Shown in pieces: positions 56,573 to 64,000 of a stretch of 64,000 nt of DNA; the stretch's first letter is position 1; every line of letters begins with the position of its first letter. The stretch covers positions 144,708,001 to 144,772,000 of the forward strand of contig OZ024741.1 in NCBI GenBank assembly GCA_964016885.1, written 5' to 3'. The notes beneath the pieces are model-generated. The model worked only from the letters and a program-made list of their open reading frames with translations, did not search any database and was not told the DNA's origin. A program made the translations under genes and the position numbers. The stretch comes from Eledone cirrhosa. Its lineage: Eukaryota.

Positions 56573-57957
56573 GATTGCCCTTCAGGCTATAACAGAGGAG
56601 TTCAAGACAGGCTGCCCATGGGAACTCCTATACGCAGACGACCTGACACTCATAGCGGAATCAATGGCCGAGCTAGAGAAGAAATTCCAAACATGGAAGC
56701 ACGGCCTAGAGTCAAAAGGACTTAAAATTAACCTGGCTAAGACCAAAGTTCTAGTTTGTAGGAAAGAAAACAAGGCGGCGGTCCCTTCTGGGAAATGGTC
56801 GTGCTCGGTGTGTAGGAAAGGCGTAGGTAGAAACTCCATTTTGTGTCCTAAATGCAAAGTATGGGTGCATAAAAGATGTAGTGGGATCACAGGTAAGCTA
56901 ACTAAGAACATAGATTTTACATGTGGCCGGTGTTCTGGTGCAATAAGTAGCAGCAAGTGCCCACAAAATACTAGCTCTTTCAATTGCGCAGAGGGTTCTA
57001 TAGAAATAGTGGACAGCTTCCGTTACCTGGGCGATAAAATCAGCAGTGGGGAGGGTGCTCTGAAAGTACTGTAGCTAGAGTCAGAACTGGTTGGAAAAAG
57101 TTCAGAGAGCTTATACCACTATTAGCTGCTAAAGGGTTCTCCCTAAAAATGAAAGGCAGGTTGTACGATGCCTGCATACGAACAGCAATGTTGCATGGCA
57201 GTGAGACCTGGGCATTGTGTGCAGAGGATATACGCAGACTAGAGAGGAACGAAGCTTGCATGCTCCGCTGGATGTGTAACAGTAATATACGTGAACGGCA
57301 AAGCATAAACGAACTAAGGAAAAAATTAGAGATAAGAGGGATCAGATGTTGTTTACTCGAGAGAAGGCTACGTTGGTATGGACACGTGATGCGCATGAAA
57401 GTCGATAGCTGTATAACAAAGTGCAGGGCAATAAAGATAGACGGTAGACACGGAATAGGCAGACCTAGAAAAACCTGGGACGAGCTGATAAACTCCGACC
57501 TCACACACTTACACCTCTCCAAGACAATGTCACTGGACCGAGACCTTTGGCGGTACTCAGTAACAGAGAAGACCCGCCTTGCCAGTAGGCATCTCTAACA
57601 AAATACACCCCGTCCCACCACCACCACCCCCACCCCATCCACACCACCCCGTCCTATGTAAAGTTATGTTGGTGCCGCGCCATCCGGGCCGAAACAAATG
57701 AGATCGTGTAGGTGTCACGACAAAAAAACACACAGTCCACGCTGTAATGTGGCCGTGTAGGCAACACGGTAAAAACCTCCCAGACCCACACTGTAAATGT
57801 GGTTGGTGTTAGGAAGGGCATCCAACTGTAGAAAACCTGCCAGACAGTCCTATGCGAGCAAGACAATCACTCTTGCCTCAAGTGGGACTACCCCCGTCCA
57901 AACCCATGCAAGCGTGGAACACGGACGTTAAACGTTGATGATGATGATGATGATGAT
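56573..57957 (+). mobile_element. 5'-truncated RTE/BovB-like LINE (RT with Cys-rich PHD-like insertion), frameshifted at about 57050
   Basis: LLYADDL, CSVC..CPKC..VHKRC..CGRC, FRYLG, MLHGSETW, RLRWYGH, GRPRKTW; 3'UTR with (GAT)n tail. Confidence 0.92.
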
Positions 57958-58016
57958 GGATATATTGAAAACTTATCACAAGTTTACAACTGCTTATACA
58001 CACACACATATATATA

Positions 58017-58924
58017 CTAGCATTAAAGCCCGGCGTTGCTTGGGGTCAGTAAGTTACCAAAGTTAGGTTGCACCACCCATTTTATGGCAGCACTTTTTTG
58101 TCTACCAGGCACTGGGTGAATGAATTGCAGACCTGGACTGCCGAAGCAGGAGCTGTGCTACCAGTGACAATTGTAGTTTCGCCTATGGATATTATCTCTG
58201 TGCAAAGAAGTGTTGAAATTTATTGTTTCACAGTACTTGCGCAACATGCGTGTAGACGATGCCAGCCGAACAACAGAGCTGCGATGGAGTTGTTCTGCGT
58301 GGTTGTCTAATGTGTGTTTTCTAAATTTAAGACAGTAGGGAGGGGTGTGTTATGGGGGAGAGTTAGCTGCTGTTTCTAGCAGGTTTAGTGACCTCATAGA
58401 GGATATTATTGTGTATCGTAAATAAACTGATACTTCTTTCTTCCGCGTTCGTTGAGAGATGTTTTAAAAAAGATTTATCGCTATTTTTTTTGTTGTTGAA
58501 TAAATTTATCTGTTGTTTTTGAATAATTGTTGTTTTGTATGAAATGTAATAAGTTCTCTTTGTCATTGAAGTAAATAAATGTTTGACCGTTCCACACTCA
58601 AAAACAAACGTTCTCTCTCTCTCCCTCTCTTAAAGTTTGTAAGTTTAATCGTATATAAGAGAAAGTTGCAGCATGTATGTAGTTTTATCGAATTTTAAGG
58701 GGAGTAGAGAGAGGATATCTGATTGTATTAGAGGGATAAAGCATCATGTATTTAGTTTTATTGATTATTTCCGTAATTGTGGGTGAGTTTGAATAGTCGT
58801 TGACCTAAGTTAGACCATTTACAACATTCTTACAGACTGAGTCGAATCGGTTTGAAATTGTGCAAATGTATAAACATGGAACATGCTCACACACACACAA
58901 CAACAACAATCTGCCTTTTATAGA
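58017..58924 (-). mobile_element. Non-autonomous Helitron-like element
   Basis: Minus-strand 3' end CCCAAGCAACGCCGGG...GCTAG|T; 5' end A|TCTATAAAAGGCAG. Confidence 0.75.
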
Positions 58925-59089
58925 TAATGATGATGATATATTCTATCATAGAAATTTGATATAAATATCCAATAGTTAGAGCACTCAGTCCATAGGACGA
59001 GTTAAGTATATTTAGTTACAACAGTGACATATACAGGTACTTAAGTTGTGTTGGGTTATTCACTCCATCATTCAGCTTATCATATACAT

Positions 59090-59480
59090 AAAAATAGCTT
59101 CTACTACGGCTTTATATCTAGGTTTTTTTCTGGCTAGATATAGGGCGGTGATCTGGAGAAGCCACTGTTGCTTAGGGCTGAGTTATAGTAGGGGGCTGCC
59201 CTGTCAAAGATAGCTTTACTAGAAGAAAGGTTGGATACTCTCTTGTTGATGTTATTAATGAGATTTTTAAAAACTATGGGGGGGGGGGGGCTATAGAGTC
59301 CTTATGAATTTACCTAAGTTCACTGGGTTTGTGGAATCGTCTGTATGTGCATGTATGAAGGTCTAAATTAACATCAAGGAAGTTAACACTGGTGAGGTTG
59401 GTAGAGATTGTCAATTTTAGTCCTATGTTGTTGAATGTAGTAATCAGGTTTTTTTCTAAAAGTGTTGAGACCATGGCCAC
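59090..59480 (-). pseudogene. Penelope-like RT C-terminal/thumb fragment
   Basis: LDVNLDLHTCTYRRFHKP...IHKDS..PP remnant. Confidence 0.65.
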
Positions 59481-59539
59481 TTTTATGGCTCAATAGTGCC
59501 AGACCATCATCACGATATAGCCCCGTATGGGAATCAGGG

Positions 59540-59965
59540 AATTTCTTATGTAGAGTGCCTCAGATAATAAGGCCCACCAAATCAAAAAAGCTGACCCTTA
59601 TCATGCCATCAATGATGAGGTAAAGCATTTAGCCACCAACCTCAAAGTATACAAGTTAGAATGCTTGACTAAGAGAGAGGCTTATATTTCACTCAAGGAG
59701 CACAAGGATTACTTCACTAATAAACAAACTTGCAGGCTCATAAACCTTGCCAAAACTGAATTAGGACTTGTTAGTAAAGCAATACTTAAAAACACTAATA
59801 TAGCTATTAGACAACAGTCCAAACCTTAATCAGTGGGACAATAGTCAAGTAATCATAGATTGCTTTCATGTCCGCAAACACTCTAAGAAGACTAGGTTCA
59901 TACAATTTGATAAAGTTGACTTTTACCCTTCCATATCCAGGACTTTACTTGATAAGGCAATTGTA
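59540..59965 (+). pseudogene. Penelope-like RT N-terminal fragment
   Basis: AYISLKEHKDYFTNKQTCRLINLAKTELG and FIQFDKVDFYPSI. Confidence 0.8.
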
Positions 59966-60580
59966 TTCATAGGTTTCAGGAAGACTTTTGATTTGATCAA
60001 CAGAAAGATACTCAAAAGTCTTCTTGCTTATGGCATACCCTGTCAGATCGTGAATGTAATTAATGTGTATGAGAATACTTCAGCACTTGCGATGAGACGC
60101 AGGTGAAACACAGATTTATTCTAATTTGACAGAAGGTAAAATGGTGGGTAAACAGCAAAGTGGATAGAGCCATCAAGGCCAAGAAATAGGCATGGAAAGA
60201 TGGGGGTAGCAGAAACCAGTATAAGGTAGGTAAGAGAGATGAAAAGAATGAAAAATTAAAGTTTGCCAATGTCTTGTGATGTGAGGATCAGAGACGTAAA
60301 GTAATCCACATTGCGAGGCAATGTGTCAATATGAATTGGAATGTTGTTGGGGAAAAGTGTGTTAGAAAATGCACTGGTGCACCACTGATGCTCAAATGAA
60401 AGAGGTCTGGGAATGTTAATATGAGAGACAGATGAATGTAGAGAATGAGTGGGATGAAGAGAGAAACTAACCCCAACTTATCCAACAGAAGGACCAGCTA
60501 TTGAAATTGACAGTTATAGGGTAAAAAAAGCAATGAAGGAGATGAAGAATGGTAAAGCTGTGGGACTGCTTGGTCACTCC
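59962..60580 (+). pseudogene. Degenerate RTE LINE fragments
   Basis: VFIGFRKTFDLINR..LLAYGIP; WWVNSKVDRAIKAK; MKEMKNGKAVG. Confidence 0.65.
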
Positions 60581-60866
60581 TGTACGTCTTGTGTCATCTT
60601 GTGTCTCTGTGTCTGTGTACTGGGTCTAAAAAATGATTAAGATTGTTTGGTCGGTTGATGATGCTTAGTTGTCTCCTGTGGTTGTGTTGTCCCCTGTTGT
60701 TGTTAGTTACGGTTTGGGTTTGTGGTTGTGGGTTGATTAGAACATCCCTATATTTAACGTATGGTTGTGTGTCCCTATATTTCATGTTCGGTTGTGATGT
60801 TTTACGGGCCCTTTGTTGGTGATTATATTGTGTGGTATAGGTTTGTTATGAATGGTAGTTGACAGG

Positions 60867-61018
60867 ATTGTAAGAATGAAAATATCCTTGGTATCTCTTT
60901 ATGAGAGGGAAGTTGTAATGTCCATATAATTTATATATACATATATATATATAAATTATATGGACATTACAACTTCCCTCTCATAAGGAGATACCAAGGA
61001 TATTTTCATTCTTACAAT
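60867..61018. repeat. Near-perfect 152-bp palindrome centred on (TA)n
   Basis: ATTGTAAGAATGAAAATATCCTTGG... versus ...CCAAGGATATTTTCATTCTTACAAT. Confidence 0.92.
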
Positions 61019-61029
61019 ATATATATATA

Positions 61030-61318
61030 CTAGCAGAATGGCCCGGCATTGCTCGGGAATCAAAACATAGATTGGCATGTTTATCCCTCCTTTCTGAAAC
61101 AGTACAGAGAAGTACGGAATACCTCGGCCTTGGAATGGTGTCTACATTTTGTGCTTATAAAAAAAATTTGTCGTGGATTACCAGGGTTTTTACCGTGTGA
61201 AGAAAATAAATACTTTATCGCAAAATAAATACGTTTGTTTATATTTTGTTATTGTGTATGCAAAAATATCTGTACACGGGTATATAATTATATATAATTA
61301 TATATATACATATATATA

Positions 61319-61382
<64 letters not shown>

Positions 61383-61832
61383 TAACAGATTAAAGTTTAA
61401 GCAAAGAATCGCTGCTTTCACCCTTAACGGGATCTTCTGAAACAAAAAAAAATCAATCTGTGAACACAGAAGTAAATATTTCGAAAAATGTTACACACTA
61501 TATATATATATACACACACTATGTATACATATATATATATATACACGCACACATATAGCGTCATAATGTCATAATGCAGACAGCCAGACATACAGACAGA
61601 TATTATAAGGGTGCAACGTTATATCTATGTATCTATCTAAAAAGAAAGACTAAGAATTATAGAGAGAGATCGCTAAATCGCCTAATGCTGTCCCTAGGGC
61701 ATTGAGAATTTGAAATATCTTTTGCTCAAAACACTCACAGGACCATAAGTATTAAATGTGTAAAATTTGAAAACAATCGGTTGGGTGGTTCTCGAATTTT
61801 AGGGAGTCAGACAGACACACAAACATTCTCTG

Positions 61833-61840
<8 letters not shown>
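61030..61840 (-). mobile_element. Non-autonomous Helitron-like element
   Basis: Minus-strand 3' end CCCGAGCAATGCCGGG...GCTAG|T; 5' end approximate. Confidence 0.65.
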
Positions 61841-61885
<45 letters not shown>

Positions 61886-62020
61886 CAAAAGGGATATTTA
61901 ATTTGTTGGTAATTCAACAAATATATATATTTATAACTGAGTCGAAGCAATTGACAGGTTTTCTAGAGTATAATATCAATGATATTAATAAATGGAAACT
62001 ATATTTATAAAACCATATTT

Positions 62021-62079
62021 ATTCTATTATATATATTTCAAGGGTACCAAAACTTTGGTACGCTCTCATCAGATAAAAT
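62021..62079 (-). ncRNA. Type I hammerhead ribozyme
   Basis: Minus strand ATTTTAT-CTGATGA-GAGCGTACCAA-AGTT-TTGGTACCCTT-GAAA-TATATAT-A-ATAGAAT. Confidence 0.85.
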
Positions 62080-63459
62080 ACAAAGTTTGTTTTATAAATA
62101 TTGACATATCCAGGAGAGAGATCTTAACGGTTCAAGTTTTACCTGGATAGTAAAAGGAAAGAGAGGAAAAGTCAAATATTTCAAATTATTAAGATGAATA
62201 TGCAAATGAGGTTGAGGTATAGGGCTGAAAAAAACGTTATTTTTAGACGCTAGGTAGATTTAAATAATTATTAGGATATATATGTGTATGTGTGGGAAGA
62301 AGAAAGAGAAAGAAAGAAAAGCTTGTATTTACGTGAATTTAAAAAGAATTAACAGTTTGTAGGAATGTTGGAATATGATTCCAGAATTTAAAAAAAAAAT
62401 ATATTTAGCTATATTATGAGTTATAATATTATATATATAATCAATTAGATTATATGAAGAATTATGGTTGTAAGTACATTTTATCTTATTATATTGCAAC
62501 AGGTTGTAAGTATATAAATATCTAAATAGATTAATTAGTTTGCAAGTATAATTATTATTGGTGATTTTATAGAAATAAAACACACGTATTAATTGTTTAC
62601 ATTTCTAATATGAGTTACGAAGGATGTTGATGTTACAATTTACATAAATATTTAAGAAAAAGACGTAGTTCAAATTGTAAGAGAAGAATTGTAGATTCAA
62701 ATATTTTCAGAACATTATTATTGGCAGTATTGGTAGAGGGTCGGACACCATGCTTTGATGCATAGTTACGGCCCTTGCCATTCTGAGTTCAAATCCCGCT
62801 GAGGTTAACTTTGCCTTTCATCCTTACGGGGTCGATAAAATAAAGTACCAGTAATACACTGGTTAATTGCTGGCCTTGTGTCAGAAACAATTATTAATTT
62901 AGTGAAATTATATAATTTATCATACAAGTTATTATGTCAATGTTTGCTCAATTGTAAAGGAAAAGATAACTCCAATATTATTTGCTAAGCATTAAATTTG
63001 ATTAATGATTTTCTTAGAAAGTATGTAGAGAAAATTATATATTATTTTGTGTGAGATTATAAGGTATTTTATATTTCATGTTTTTCAAGGATGAGAATTT
63101 CAATTATATATCATCTATGTTGAAAGATGTGTGAAAAGTTTGAAGATTAAAGAGAGGAAAAATGTATTATTAGATAAGTCAAGAGTGCATTTAGAAGAAC
63201 TATCGTAAAGAGGATATCTTTCAGAATGTCAATTAAAGAGTATCAATCTAAAAAAATTATATATAAATCTAAAAAATATATAAATAAAAGAAATAGATTA
63301 AGAAGAGTATCATTAGGAAAAGAATATCAATTGGTAAAAATACTAAATTTAAGAAGGAAGATCATTTAAAAAAATTTAAATAAAAAAAAACCTCAGTAAA
63401 TAATAGGATCACTTTAAAGGTGTATAAGATGTAGTCACGTGTAATGAATATTATAGATT

Positions 63460-63880
63460 AAAAATACTTCAGAAAGTGGAATTTTGGCGATGTCTGCAAG
63501 AGCTGAATAATTCTGTTTTTAAATTAATAGAGTTTTGATAGTTAATTATATAAAAAATTTCCTCGATACACAAATGACAGATTCTTGAGAAAGCTATATT
63601 TCGGTATGCAGGTGCTTTCGAAATCGTTCCCCAATATATTGAATAGTCTATATTGTTGTCCTTTAAATTCCAAATTAGATGTGAAAGTGAAGTGGAAGAT
63701 TTTTTATCGGACCTATTAAATGTATGTTTGTGGTTGTACCAGCGTTCTTTGAATTTTGTAGAAGTGGCATCTATATAGTTAAATATTTTGTCTCTAGTTT
63801 TTACTGTGCATTTATAAATTAAGTTTTTGTCTAAGCAATTGTTTTGTAAAGGGCAGTTTGATTCAATTCTACAATTACAT
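63460..63880 (-). pseudogene. Penelope-like GIY-YIG endonuclease (the element's 3' region likely extends to about 61900 and includes the 62021-62079 HHR)
   Basis: CNCRIESNCPLQNNCLDKNLIYKC..YIDATSTKFKERWYNHKHTF..ELFSSCRHRQN. Confidence 0.85.
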
Positions 63881-64000
63881 TTTCTGGAGTTGTTGTTACT
63901 AGGAACGGTACTATTATTATGAATATTGTTATTAGAAATATTATTATTGCTAGCTTGGTTTGTTTGGTTATGGTTTTAATTTAAATTTCTATTATTAATT

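Overview
AT-rich, microsatellite-laden eukaryotic repeat DNA with no recognisable host gene. The (TA)n/(CA)n tracts, tRNA-SINEs, RTE LINEs, Helitron MITEs and Penelope-like remnants suggest an invertebrate, probably a cephalopod such as an octopus (inference). The dominant feature is an 18.6-kb head-to-tail array (7674-26266) of 40.7 near-identical 457-bp units. Each unit carries a complete type I hammerhead ribozyme (HHR) motif on the + strand (41 in all), the architecture of a non-LTR retrozyme / self-cleaving satellite predicted to give 457-nt monomeric, possibly circular, RNAs. About ten further intact or degenerate HHR motifs from several other families occur across the window, mostly in Penelope-like pseudo-LTRs. 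One HHR-like motif with a non-canonical strand order lies behind a HERO-like element. Two copies of one RTE LINE family both show twin-priming-type 5' inversions. Most ORFs in the supplied track are microsatellite translation artefacts.
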